In this document: positions 8,772 through 18,544 of the stretch, one piece after another
Layout: each line of letters starts with the position of its first letter
Numbering within the stretch: position 1 is the first letter of the stretch
Source: Abditibacterium sp.
GTDB taxonomy: Bacteria > Armatimonadota > Abditibacteriia > Abditibacteriales > Abditibacteriaceae
Length of the DNA: 64,000 bases
Direction: 5' to 3'
Assembly: GCA_965246885.1 (NCBI GenBank)
Contig: OZ251992.1
Span: 1,024,001 to 1,088,000, forward strand
Notes under the pieces: model-generated
Told to the model about the DNA's origin: nothing
Databases searched by the model: none
Seen by the model: the letters and a program-made list of their open reading frames with translations, nothing else
Made by a program: the position numbers and the translations under genes

Positions 8772-10549
8772 GGCAGCTTCCAATCGCCGTCGAAGTTCCC
8801 GCCGACCACCGCCGTATCGGTGCCATCCAAGTTGTGCGCGTCGCCCGCGTAGAGAAGGTAGTCCGGCAGCAAGTCCCATTTGTGATTAACGGGGAGCGTC
8901 GCGCCCCACCACGCGCCCGAACACACGCCAAGCAAGCGAGCGGGCGCCCAAGGCGAGCGCCACACCATGCGTAACCCCACGTTCTTCCCGTCGCTGAGGC
9001 GGTCGCCCACGCGGTAGCCGGTGGTCGTCAGTTCAACGGGCAAGTCAGGGGCGACGGCGCGCAAAAGCGGGTTCGTGTCGCGCGTGCCGAACAGGATGAG
9101 GTTGCGGTCGCGCTTGTCGGCGTCGGTCACGTCGGTTGCGGCTTTAATGGGCGCCGCGCCGTCGGAGTCATCGTTCCACTCGCGGGCAAAACGCAGCGCG
9201 TCGCGCCGGTCGTGCTCATTTCCGTAAACGAGGGTGAACGCGCCGCGCAGGAGCGACTTGAACGGCCCACAACAAAGCGGCGACTTGCCGACCTTGGCGT
9301 TGGGCGCGTTCCACGCGATGGGCAACCCCGCGTCGAGGTCGCCCACCTTGGCGCCGTCCACTTCCAAGGCAACCGTGCCGAGCGCGAACTCCTTCAAGTC
9401 AAGCGAAAAGCGGGCGACGTTGCGCGTCGTCACTTTGACCGCGCCGCCTTCGATGCGCGCGTCGAGCCGCGCGGTTTGGGAGTAGTCGCTGAACGCTTCG
9501 ATTTGCGCCCAATCGTTGCGGGCTTCGCGCAAGTCGCCCGTAACGAGCGTGAGTTGACGCGGAGTCTGGTGCGGTGCTTGGCGACTGAGCCACTCGAACG
9601 CGCGGCCCAACGCCGGAAACTGAAAGGCGCTCTCGTGCCCTGCATCGGGGGTTTCGACGAACTCGACGGGCAAGCGCAGGCGCGCGGCATCGGCGGCGAA
9701 CAAGCGCGAGTGTTCGACGGGCACCGTTTGGTCGAGGGCGCCGTGCTGAATGAAGAACGGCGTCGCGCGTCCGTTCTCAATCAGCGTGCGCGGGTCGTCG
9801 GCATCGAAGGGGAGCCGCTTCCAAGCGGGCAAGTTGGCGCGCTTCATCTTAAACCAAAGGTCGAAGTCCGTGCGCCCGGAAATTGGCGCCACCGCCGCCC
9901 ACTCGTGTGGCGTATGAAGCCCGACGGCATAAGCGCCGTAGCCGCCCATTGAAGTGCCCGTCAAGTAGACGCGATTGGCGTCGAGGGCATACGTCCGTGT
10001 ACACTCGCGTTTAACCGCGAGTGCGTCGTCCTCGCCCCACTGGACGAAGTCCGAGTTGCGCCTGCCGTAAGGCATCGCCACAATGAGGCCACGCTTGGTG
10101 GCAGCTTCAAGGGTGTCCGCGTCCAGAATCCAAGGCGACAGTTTGGAAATAGAAGTGGAGTAGCCGTGCAAGAAGACCGCGAGCGGCCACTTCTTATTGG
10201 GCGAGTAGTCGCGCGGCAAAGCCACCCAGAACGGTTGCGCACCCCCATCGGCGGCGAAGTAGGCGCGCTCTTGGAGGATGAAGGGCGCGCTTGGAAGCGT
10301 GAGAGAGGCCGTCGCCGCGTCGCCTGTCGCGCTCTCGATTTGCCCCGCGCGCTTTTGGGCGCCGCGTATCCACGCTTGCAGTTCGGGCAACTCCATCGGC
10401 CCATAGTTGCGCGCCACCCCCTGCGCAAGGGCGACCTGCTCGCGCTTGAACGCGAGGAGCGCCGCATTTTCTGGCAACACGTCGCCGCGCGCCGCGCGCC
10501 ATCCAAGCAGCAACGGAGTCACGCACAACAGGAAACGCGCCGCCGTCAA
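8768..10549 (-). CDS. Secreted alpha/beta hydrolase (esterase/prolyl-oligopeptidase-like)
   Basis: Signal peptide, VFLHG, GTSMGG nucleophile elbow, HGALDQTVP, AGH. Confidence 0.85.
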   Translation of the reverse strand: MTAARFLLCVTPLLLGWRAARGDVLPENAALLAFKREQVALAQGVARNYGPMELPELQAWIRGAQKRAGQIESATGDAATASLTLPSAPFILQERAYFAADGGAQPFWVALPRDYSPNKKWPLAVFLHGYSTSISKLSPWILDADTLEAATKRGLIVAMPYGRRNSDFVQWGEDDALAVKRECTRTYALDANRVYLTGTSMGGYGAYAVGLHTPHEWAAVAPISGRTDFDLWFKMKRANLPAWKRLPFDADDPRTLIENGRATPFFIQHGALDQTVPVEHSRLFAADAARLRLPVEFVETPDAGHESAFQFPALGRAFEWLSRQAPHQTPRQLTLVTGDLREARNDWAQIEAFSDYSQTARLDARIEGGAVKVTTRNVARFSLDLKEFALGTVALEVDGAKVGDLDAGLPIAWNAPNAKVGKSPLCCGPFKSLLRGAFTLVYGNEHDRRDALRFAREWNDDSDGAAPIKAATDVTDADKRDRNLILFGTRDTNPLLRAVAPDLPVELTTTGYRVGDRLSDGKNVGLRMVWRSPWAPARLLGVCSGAWWGATLPVNHKWDLLPDYLLYAGDAHNLDGTDTAVVGGNFDGDWKLP

Positions 10550-11292
10550 ATGCGCAACCCCCCGTCAACGGCAAAGACCTGTCCCGTGATGTAGGCCGCC
10601 TCGTCGCTGCACAGAAAGAGCGCCAGAGCCGCCACTTCCTCTGGGCGCCCGAAGCGGCCCAACGGGATGGAAGCGCGCTGCTTTTCCCGGCGCGCTTCGT
10701 CGGTGCCTGCCGTCAAGTCGGTCTCGATAAAGCCGGGGCAAATGGCGTTGCAGGTTACGCCCGACGGAGCCAACTCGCGCGCAGTCGCTTTGGTCAGCCC
10801 CAACATTCCCGCTTTGGCCGCGCAATACGAGGCCGCCATCACTTCACCGCTCTGCGCGGCTTGGCTGGAAATGTTGACGATGTGTCCGCTCCGTCGCCGC
10901 GACAAGGCGCGCGCGGCCTTCTTCGAGAGGGCAAAGGCGCTCTTGAGGTTCAAATCGAGCGCCGCATCCCACGCCGCTTCGCTGGTTAACCCCAAGAACG
11001 ATGGTGATAGGCCGCCCGCGTTGTTGACCAAAAGGTCGAGCGGCCCCAAGGCGGTTTCGGCCTCGTCCCATAGATTGGAGAACGCCGCGAAGTCGCGCGC
11101 ATCGGCTTGCATTAAAGCGGCGCGGCGCCCCATCGCTTCGACCTGCGCTTGCACTTCGCGCGCGGCCTCCTCGTTTTGATGGAAGTGCAACGCCACGTCC
11201 GCGCCCGCTTCGCTCAAAGCAAGGGCGATGGCCCGCCCGATGCCGCGACTGGCGCCCGTCACGAGCGCGCGTTTGTTGTGGAGAGAGAACAT
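10546..11292 (-). CDS. fabG: 3-oxoacyl-ACP reductase (SDR)
   Basis: TGASRGIG, NNAG, YCAAK, PGFIETD, VDGG. Confidence 0.85.
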   Translation of the reverse strand: MFSLHNKRALVTGASRGIGRAIALALSEAGADVALHFHQNEEAAREVQAQVEAMGRRAALMQADARDFAAFSNLWDEAETALGPLDLLVNNAGGLSPSFLGLTSEAAWDAALDLNLKSAFALSKKAARALSRRRSGHIVNISSQAAQSGEVMAASYCAAKAGMLGLTKATARELAPSGVTCNAICPGFIETDLTAGTDEARREKQRASIPLGRFGRPEEVAALALFLCSDEAAYITGQVFAVDGGLRI

Positions 11293-11535
11293 GAAAAGGG
11301 AAGCGCTGAGCGTGCAGCCCTTTAGTTTGAAAAGCGGCGCGCTCGCGCGTGTTGACTTGTTCCGCGCTTATTTGGATGTCCGCTCGCCAAAACCTACCGC
11401 CACGCGAGAAGTGGAGGCGGTCGCAAACACCAAGCGAACTGGCGACCGCTTCAACCAATGCGCCGAAAAACAGAAGCATGCGCGCCGCTCTCGAACGCCG
11501 ACACTGCTTCCACGCGCGACCCCTTGCCGATGTCA

Positions 11536-11703
11536 ACGGACGTCCGCCGTTGGGTGAGGGACGTCTGGGAATCGCTGACAGGCGTCTGGGAATCGCTGAC
11601 AGGCGTCTGCCGCCGAGCGGCGGGCGGCGGCGGATCAGCGAGAGACGTCCGGGAATGGGGGACGGATGGCGGCGACCGCGCGGCGGACGTCTGTCGCCGT
11701 TAC
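11536..11703. repeat. 21-nt-period repeat, family A (opposite orientation), about 8 degenerate units
   Basis: Exact tandem CGTCTGGGAATCGCTGACAGG x2 at 11562-11603; flanking units keep the 21-nt register. Confidence 0.85.
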
Positions 11704-11749
11704 CGGGGCGGCGCGAATGCGGCCCGGTTCGGGTAGGCTGTATGACCCG

Positions 11750-12766
11750 ATGGCAGTCACGCAAAAAGAGATCGCGCGGCGGTTGGGCGTGTCGCAAACC
11801 CTCGTGGGAGTGGCGCTGGGTGGGCGCGGGCGCATCGGGGCGGGCGCGCGGGCGCAGATTCTCGAAGCGGCGCGCGAGATGGGCTACAAACCGAACCGGT
11901 TGGCGCGCGCCCTCAAAAGCGGGCGCTCGCAGATGGTGGCGCTGTGGCTACCAAGGCCGCTGGGCGACTTCGACGCGCAGGTATTGGAAGCGTTGCACGC
12001 TCACGCGGCGCGTGACGGGTTTCAATTGCTTTCCGTTTTGCGCGCGCGCGAAGGACAGGAAACTGGCGCGCTCCCGCTCGACGAGTGGCCCCTTGATGGC
12101 GTGCTCGCGCTCGATTCGTCGGCCAACATGACGCGCTCCTTGGCGGAACTTTCGCGCGCGCGCCCCGGTTTGCCGCTTGTAGCTTTTGGGCATCGCGGCC
12201 CACTTCGCGCCGCGTCGGGGGACGTGCTGGGCGATTATGTCGCCCTCGATTTGCAGGGCGCCGCCACGCGCGCGATGGAGCATCTGGTTGAACTGGGCTG
12301 CGAAAACTTGGCGTTTGTGGCGGCGCGCTCGCAGTTTGAGGCGGGCGAAGTGCGCTTGGAAGCGTTCCGCCGCGTGTGCGCGGCCACCCGCCGCAAGGGT
12401 GAGGAAATTCAAATCGCCGATAGCACGACGCTGCGTCGCCAAACCCACGCCCTCGTGTCGCAACGGCTCGCCGAGGGCGCGCGCACCGACGGCTTCTTTT
12501 GCGGCAACGACGATGTGGCACTGGGCACCCTGCGCGCACTACGCCGCGCTGGAATTGCTGTTCCGGGCGAGGCCAAAATCATCGGTTGCGACGACATCGC
12601 CGACGCCGCCGATGCCGACCCGCCGCTCTCGACTATCGCCTTGCCCGTCGAGGCGATGGCCCAAAGCGTTTGGCACACCCTGCGCTGGCGACTCGTTAAC
12701 CCCACCGCGCCGCCGCGCATGGAGACGCTACGCGCGACGTTCGTCGCGCGCGGCACGACGGGGTGA
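11750..12766 (+). CDS. LacI family transcriptional regulator
   Basis: VTQKEIARRLGVSQTLV HTH, MGYKPNRLARAL, NDDVALG, PPLSTI. Confidence 0.92.
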   Translation: MAVTQKEIARRLGVSQTLVGVALGGRGRIGAGARAQILEAAREMGYKPNRLARALKSGRSQMVALWLPRPLGDFDAQVLEALHAHAARDGFQLLSVLRAREGQETGALPLDEWPLDGVLALDSSANMTRSLAELSRARPGLPLVAFGHRGPLRAASGDVLGDYVALDLQGAATRAMEHLVELGCENLAFVAARSQFEAGEVRLEAFRRVCAATRRKGEEIQIADSTTLRRQTHALVSQRLAEGARTDGFFCGNDDVALGTLRALRRAGIAVPGEAKIIGCDDIADAADADPPLSTIALPVEAMAQSVWHTLRWRLVNPTAPPRMETLRATFVARGTTG

Positions 12767-12917
12767 AAGGGGTGCGCTTCCCTTCTGCGACTGGCCGCCG
12801 CGTCGCGAATGCTGTAGAATACTGCTGTTTCGTAAAAGCAGAGTTTGCTGGCCCGCCGTATCGCGCTTTCTTTTCGCCACCGTCGGCCTGTTTGCACACT
12901 CAGGGGGAAGATACACC

Positions 12918-13598
12918 ATGCAACTACCCATTCGTTTTTTGCCGACCACTCTTGTGGCGTTGGCGCTGCTGCTTTCCACCGTCGCGCACGCGCAGCCCGA
13001 CCCGCAGGACGCGGGCAAAGGCGCGGCGCCCCTCCGCGCGGGCGGGTGGGGTGGCCTCCCGCCCGGCGAGGAGTGGCAACGTCTTACCCCCAAGCAAAAG
13101 CGCGCCGCGCTTCGGGACAGCACGCTCCAAACGCTGCGCCGCTCGCTTTCGTTTCTGGGCTTCACCGACCCCCAGTTGCTCGATGCCGTCGAAGCGACTG
13201 CACTCAGGCAGGACAAAATCCTCGCCCCGCTCCGCTTGCAGGAGCGCCAACTGGTTGGGGTGCTCATGGCGAACGCGCTGAAGCCGGAGCAGATCGGGCA
13301 GATGAACGAAAATTTTAAAGCGCTGGTCGAAGCCGCGCGCACGGAGCGCGTGCGCACCATCGCCGATCTCGACGCGCAAATCGGTTTCTCGAAGAACCCG
13401 CGTTTGGCGGCGGCGCTGAACTTGGCGGGCGTGACAGGTGAAGATAGCGCCTTCATCGGCGGTGTGGGCACGTCGCTGTTTTCAGCGACGACGAACTTCA
13501 TGCTCGGTGCCGGGCAAACCGACGCCGATAATCAAGAAGAAGAGCGCGAAACCCAAGCGGGAGTCGCGCCCCCCGCGCCGCAAATCATTCGCAATTAA
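12918..13598 (+). CDS. Secreted/periplasmic helical hypothetical protein (possibly Spy/CpxP-like)
   Basis: GGGGGAAG RBS, signal peptide ending VAHA, LTPKQ and LKPEQ motifs. Confidence 0.6.
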   Translation: MQLPIRFLPTTLVALALLLSTVAHAQPDPQDAGKGAAPLRAGGWGGLPPGEEWQRLTPKQKRAALRDSTLQTLRRSLSFLGFTDPQLLDAVEATALRQDKILAPLRLQERQLVGVLMANALKPEQIGQMNENFKALVEAARTERVRTIADLDAQIGFSKNPRLAAALNLAGVTGEDSAFIGGVGTSLFSATTNFMLGAGQTDADNQEEERETQAGVAPPAPQIIRN

Positions 13599-13607
13599 TC
13601 ACAAATC

Positions 13608-14471
13608 ATGATCAAATCTATTTCCACGTGGGCTTTTGACCCCAAGCGTCCCGCGCGCGAGGTGTTCGCCCTTGCCAAGCAGCACGGCTTCGAGGGAGTC
13701 GAGGTGTCCGTTGGGGCGGACGGCTTTCCGCTTTGCTTTCAGGTGACGGCGGACTCTTCGCCCGATGACGCGCGCAAACTGCGCGCAGAAGCGCATGAGG
13801 CAGGCGTTGAACTGGTTTCGCTCGCTTCGGGGTTGGGTTGGGAGTATCCGCTCACCTCCCAAGACCCGACGCTGCGCCAGAAAGGGTTGGACGCGGTGCG
13901 CGCTCAGATTACCCAAGCGAAGAACTTGGGGTTGGATGCGATTTTGGTCGTTCCGGGCGGGGTGTTTGCGGATTTCATTGCGGGCTTTGTGGTGACGCCG
14001 TATGAGGTGGCTTACCAGAACGGCCTTGCGGCCTTGAAGGAACTTGCTCCAGTGGCGGAGGAGGCGGGGGTGACGCTGGGTGTGGAGAACGTGTGGAACG
14101 GGTTTTTGCTGTCGCCGTTGGAGATGCGGGCGTTTGTGGATGCGGTGGACAGCCCGCGCGTGGGGTGCTACTTCGATGTGGGCAACGTGTTGCAAAGCGG
14201 CTTGCCGGAGCAGTGGGTGGAGATTTTGGGCAAGCGCATCGCGCGGGTGCACTTCAAGGATTTCCAGCGCGAGGTCGGCACGCTGGCGGGCTTTTGCGCG
14301 TTGGGCGAAGGCGACGCGGATTATGCGGCGGTGATGCAGGCGCTGCGCCATGTGGGGTATAACGGGCCGGTGACGGCGGAGTTTTTCGATTGCGAGAGCG
14401 ACCTTGGCGCCATTTCGCGGGCGATGGATGAGGTGATGGAGGAGGGGAGGAACACGGTGAGGGGAGCTTGA
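13608..14471 (+). CDS. Sugar phosphate isomerase/epimerase (xylose-isomerase-like TIM barrel)
   Basis: GFEGVE, GVENVWN, YFDVGN, VHFKDF, TAE metal ligands. Confidence 0.9.
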   Translation: MIKSISTWAFDPKRPAREVFALAKQHGFEGVEVSVGADGFPLCFQVTADSSPDDARKLRAEAHEAGVELVSLASGLGWEYPLTSQDPTLRQKGLDAVRAQITQAKNLGLDAILVVPGGVFADFIAGFVVTPYEVAYQNGLAALKELAPVAEEAGVTLGVENVWNGFLLSPLEMRAFVDAVDSPRVGCYFDVGNVLQSGLPEQWVEILGKRIARVHFKDFQREVGTLAGFCALGEGDADYAAVMQALRHVGYNGPVTAEFFDCESDLGAISRAMDEVMEEGRNTVRGA

Positions 14472-14473
14472 CT

Positions 14474-15463
14474 ATGGACAAAATCAACGTGGCCGTTGTG
14501 GGCCTTGGCATGATGGGGCAGATGCACTTGGGGTGCTACGCCGGGAATCCCAAAGCGCAAATCGTGGCGGTGTGCGACGAGAACGCGGGCAAACTGAGCG
14601 GGCAGTCCAAGGTCGCGGGCAACATCGCCAACGAGAACGCGCTCGACCTGAGCGGCGTCCACCAGACGGCGAACATGGCCGAGTTGCTCGCCAACCCCGA
14701 CATCCATCTGCTGGACTTGTGTTTGCCGACCAAGCGGCACGCCGGGGCGACCATCGCGGCTCTGGAAGCGGGTAAGCACGTGTTGTGCGAAAAGCCGATG
14801 GCGTGGGACGAGGCCCAGTGCGACGCGGTGATTGCCGCACAGGAAAAAAGCGGCAAGTTCCTGCTCATTGGCCACTGTCTGCGCTTTTGGCCGCAGTATG
14901 TCAAGGCCAAGGAGCTACTGGACGGCGGCGCGTTGGGGCGCCCGTTGTATGCGGGGTTCCACCGTTCGAGCGGGGCGCCGACGTGGAGCGGGTGGCTCAT
15001 GGATGGGGCGCAGAGCGGGGGGGTGGTGCTGGACATGCACGTGCACGACATCGACACCGCGCTGTGGTGGTTCGGCGCGCCCACAACGGTGAGCGCACAG
15101 GGCGTGGTGCGCGACGGCTTGCCGCTCAAGGTGGACGCGACGTGGCACTACGAGGGCGGGCCGCAGGTGCAGTTGCACGGCGGCTGGGACGCGCAAGCGC
15201 TGCCCTTTCGCATGGCCTTCGAGGTGATGGGCGAGCGCGGCACGCTGGTGTGGGATTCGAGCCAAGGCGAGGCGATGACGCTGTTCACCCCGGAGGGAAA
15301 GCACAGCTTTGACTTCGACGGCACAATGGGCTACGCCCCGGAACTCGGCTACCTCCTCGACTGCATCCAGAACAACCAAGCCCCCACCCGCGCCACACCG
15401 CAAACCAGCCGAGACAGCGTCATAATCGCCCGCGAAGAACTCAGACAAATCGGGTTTGCCTAA
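14474..15463 (+). CDS. Gfo/Idh/MocA family oxidoreductase
   Basis: VVGLGMMG, GKHVLCEKPM, GGVVLDMHVHDID. Confidence 0.92.
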   Translation: MDKINVAVVGLGMMGQMHLGCYAGNPKAQIVAVCDENAGKLSGQSKVAGNIANENALDLSGVHQTANMAELLANPDIHLLDLCLPTKRHAGATIAALEAGKHVLCEKPMAWDEAQCDAVIAAQEKSGKFLLIGHCLRFWPQYVKAKELLDGGALGRPLYAGFHRSSGAPTWSGWLMDGAQSGGVVLDMHVHDIDTALWWFGAPTTVSAQGVVRDGLPLKVDATWHYEGGPQVQLHGGWDAQALPFRMAFEVMGERGTLVWDSSQGEAMTLFTPEGKHSFDFDGTMGYAPELGYLLDCIQNNQAPTRATPQTSRDSVIIAREELRQIGFA

Positions 15464-15469
15464 GGCACC

Positions 15470-17209
15470 ATGACTATGCATCTCGAAATTCGCCCCGATT
15501 ACGACGCGCTCTGCCGCGAAGTGGCACTGCGCATCGCCGCCCTCGTGCGCGCCAAGCCGGACGCCGTTTTAGGGTTGGCGACCGGCTCGACGCCCCTTGG
15601 CGTTTACCGCGAACTGATTCGCTTGCATATGGAGGAAGGGCTGTCATTCGCGCGCGTGCGGTCGTTCAACCTCGACGAGTACTACCCGATGCCCCCCGAC
15701 GCGCCGCAAAGCTACGTCCGCTTTATGCGGGAGAACCTGTTCGATCACATAAACATCGCCCCGCAGAACTGCCACATCCCCGATGGGCGGGCGCGGGACA
15801 TCGTGCAAATCGAGGCCGACTGCGCGGCATATGAGGCGGCCATTGCAAAGGCGGGCGGGCTGGACTTTCAGCTGCTGGGCATTGGGCGCAACGGGCACAT
15901 CGGCTTCAACGAGCCGGGATCGGCCAAGGAGTCGCGCGCGCGACTCGTCACGCTCGATAGCACCACGCGCGCGGACGCGGCGGGCGACTTTTTCGGTTTG
16001 GAGAACGTGCCTGCCCGCGCCATTTCGCTAGGCATCGCGGCCATCATGGAAGCGCGCGAAGTGGCGCTCCTCGCATCGGGGCATCGCAAAGCGGCCATTG
16101 TCGCCGAAGCGCTCGAAGGCAAGGTGACTTCGAAGGTGCCCGCGTCTTTCTTGCGCGACCATCAAAACGCCTCGTTCTGGTTAGACGAAGGCGCGGCCTC
16201 GGCGTTGCGCGCGCGAGTGCCCGAAGCGCCCGAAGCGCCGCGCAGTCTGTGGATACGCGCCGCCTTGGAGCGCAAGCAACGCTTGGACGAACTGGGCGGC
16301 GAGGCGCGCGAAGCCTTCGCTGACCTGCGCCAAAAGTGCGACGACGACGCGCATTTGCCGACCGGCCAAACCATCTTGTGCCTGTCGCCCCACCCGGATG
16401 ACGACGTGATTTGCTGCGGCGCCACGCTCCTCAAGATGGCGGCGCGCGGCAACCGCCTGTTTGTCGCTTACGGCGTCAACGGTGCCAACGCGGTGCGCGA
16501 CAAGGACGTGCTCGCTCATCTACGCGCCCGCCACCCGCGCCTGATTTCGTTCCTCGAAGAGCATCTGGAGCCGGGCCGCTCGCTTGAAGAAGCCATGAAC
16601 GACGTGCGCACGTCGCTGTTTGAGCGCGCGCCCGGCGCGCCCGACGCGCCGCTTTTGCGCGAACTCAAGCGCCTCGTGCGCGAGGGCGAAGCCAGCGACG
16701 CTTGCCGCAAGATGGGTGCGAATCCCCTCTTTCTCAACCTGCCCTTTTATGGCGATGGCGCGCACCGCACCCCCGTTGGCGAAGCCGATGTCAGCCGCCT
16801 CGCGGCGATGCTTGAGGTGGTGCAACCCGATTTAGTGCTCCTAACGGGCGAAAAAAACGACCCGCACGGCACGCACGAGCAGTGCGAGCGCGCCTTCAAC
16901 GAGGCCGCGACGCGCCGGGGCGACGCCTTCGCGCGCTGGAACTATCGCGGCGCGTGGGACGATTACAAGTCGTGGGAAGGCGACTACTTCTCCGTCTTCG
17001 ATAAGCCGCTCATGGAGCGCAAGATTGACCTGATTCTCGACCACATCTCGCAGCTTGACCCGCTTTTTCCCGGCGACCAGCCCTTGGAGTTTTGGGAGCG
17101 TGCGCGCGAACGCAACCGCGAAAACGCCCGGCAACTGCAGCGCTTGGGCGTCCTGCCCCCCTCGCGCTCCTTCGATCCCTTGTATGTCGAAGTCTTCAAG
17201 AAAAGTTGA
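15470..17209 (+). CDS. nagB: Glucosamine-6-phosphate deaminase fused to a PIG-L/LmbE deacetylase-like domain
   Basis: LGLATGSTP, FNLDEY, GIGRNGHIGFNEPG; C-terminal SPHPDDD and DPHGTH. Confidence 0.92.
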   Translation: MTMHLEIRPDYDALCREVALRIAALVRAKPDAVLGLATGSTPLGVYRELIRLHMEEGLSFARVRSFNLDEYYPMPPDAPQSYVRFMRENLFDHINIAPQNCHIPDGRARDIVQIEADCAAYEAAIAKAGGLDFQLLGIGRNGHIGFNEPGSAKESRARLVTLDSTTRADAAGDFFGLENVPARAISLGIAAIMEAREVALLASGHRKAAIVAEALEGKVTSKVPASFLRDHQNASFWLDEGAASALRARVPEAPEAPRSLWIRAALERKQRLDELGGEAREAFADLRQKCDDDAHLPTGQTILCLSPHPDDDVICCGATLLKMAARGNRLFVAYGVNGANAVRDKDVLAHLRARHPRLISFLEEHLEPGRSLEEAMNDVRTSLFERAPGAPDAPLLRELKRLVREGEASDACRKMGANPLFLNLPFYGDGAHRTPVGEADVSRLAAMLEVVQPDLVLLTGEKNDPHGTHEQCERAFNEAATRRGDAFARWNYRGAWDDYKSWEGDYFSVFDKPLMERKIDLILDHISQLDPLFPGDQPLEFWERARERNRENARQLQRLGVLPPSRSFDPLYVEVFKKS

Positions 17210-17230
17210 GGCCCGCCTACACTCCCGGCC

Positions 17231-17869
17231 ATGACCTCGCCGCCCCGCATCGTGTGCCCGTCGCTCCGCGACTTTGCCCCGAACCAACCTTGGGATGCCT
17301 TGCACTTGGCTTTCGCGCCGTGCCCGCCCATCCCGTTTGGGCAGGGCTGGCGCGACGCACCCGAAGCGGAGTTCCGGCCCGCGTCGGTGCGCGTGGGCTG
17401 GACGGCAGAGGCGCTGTGGTTCCTATCGCACTTAGAGGACGACGACATCCACAACGCCGCAACGCGCCCCAACGAGCGGACGTGGGAGTTGGGCGATGTC
17501 TTCGAGATTTTCGTGCGCCGTATGGATGCCCCGCGCTACTTTGAGGCGCATGTGACGCCCGAAAACCAGACGCTGCAACTGGAATTGCCCCATCCGCTTC
17601 CGGGCTTGGATTGGCCCCCACCCGGATTGCGGGAAGACTTGTTGGCGGGGACGCGCGCCCTCGTGGAAGCGGGGCAATGGCGCGCCTTGGCCGGAATCCG
17701 CTTCGCGGCGATGGGCGAAGAGGCGACGCGCGGCGCGGGGTGGCTGTTCTCCTGTTCGCGCTACGATTACACGCGCGGGAGGCAGGCGCCCATTCTCAGT
17801 TCGGCTTCACCCCACGCAACCCCTAACTTCCACGACCAAAGCGCGTGGGGGACGCTCACGCTGGAGTAG
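17231..17869 (+). CDS. Carbohydrate-binding family 9 (DOMON-like) protein
   Basis: WELGDVFEIF, YFEAHVTP, C-terminal PNFH...WGTL pattern. Confidence 0.65.
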   Translation: MTSPPRIVCPSLRDFAPNQPWDALHLAFAPCPPIPFGQGWRDAPEAEFRPASVRVGWTAEALWFLSHLEDDDIHNAATRPNERTWELGDVFEIFVRRMDAPRYFEAHVTPENQTLQLELPHPLPGLDWPPPGLREDLLAGTRALVEAGQWRALAGIRFAAMGEEATRGAGWLFSCSRYDYTRGRQAPILSSASPHATPNFHDQSAWGTLTLE

Positions 17870-17875
17870 GCCCCG

Positions 17876-18541
17876 CTACGCCAACGGCTTGAGCTTGGGC
17901 AAACCCGCGCGGCGCGGAAAAGCGCGCGGCGTGTCGCCGACCTTCTCGATGACGACCAAGTGATACCGGGTCGGGAGACCGGGGAGTTCGTACGGGCGCA
18001 CGTCGCGCAGGAGTCCGCCCAAGTCGTCGAGCGCTTCCTCGGCGGTTTGCGCTTCGCGCTCGGCGGCCTCGCCGCGCCACAAGAGGACGGAGCCGCCCAC
18101 GCGAACGAGCGGCATGCACAATTCCACGACCTCGGCGAACGAGCCGACGGCGCGCGCGGTCGCCACATCGAACCGCTCGCGCCACTGTCCATGCCCGGCG
18201 TCTTCGGCGCGCTCGTTGATGATTTTGGCGCCCACGATGTCAAACTTGGCGATGGTGCCCTCCATGAACGCGCACTTCTTGCGCGTCGCTTCCAATAGGG
18301 ACACGCGCAAGGCGGGGCGAGCAACGGCGAGCACGAAGCCGGGAAACCCCGCGCCACTGCCGACATCCACCACGCTTTGGGCGTCATCGAACAGGCCGCT
18401 TTCCAAGCCTTCGAGCGAGTCGAGGACGTGCTTTGTCCACGCGTCGTCGGGGGTCTTGATGCCCGTCAGGTTGAACTTCGCGTTCTCTTCGAGCAGGTGG
18501 GCGATGAGGGCGCGCAACTTCGCGTCGGTGTCGGGAGTCAT
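17876..18541 (-). CDS. rsmG: 16S rRNA m7G527 methyltransferase
   Basis: NLTGI, KHVLDSL, DVGSGAGFPG, ATARAV, FPRRAGLP. Confidence 0.95.
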   Translation of the reverse strand: MTPDTDAKLRALIAHLLEENAKFNLTGIKTPDDAWTKHVLDSLEGLESGLFDDAQSVVDVGSGAGFPGFVLAVARPALRVSLLEATRKKCAFMEGTIAKFDIVGAKIINERAEDAGHGQWRERFDVATARAVGSFAEVVELCMPLVRVGGSVLLWRGEAAEREAQTAEEALDDLGGLLRDVRPYELPGLPTRYHLVVIEKVGDTPRAFPRRAGLPKLKPLA

Positions 18542-18544
18542 GGG

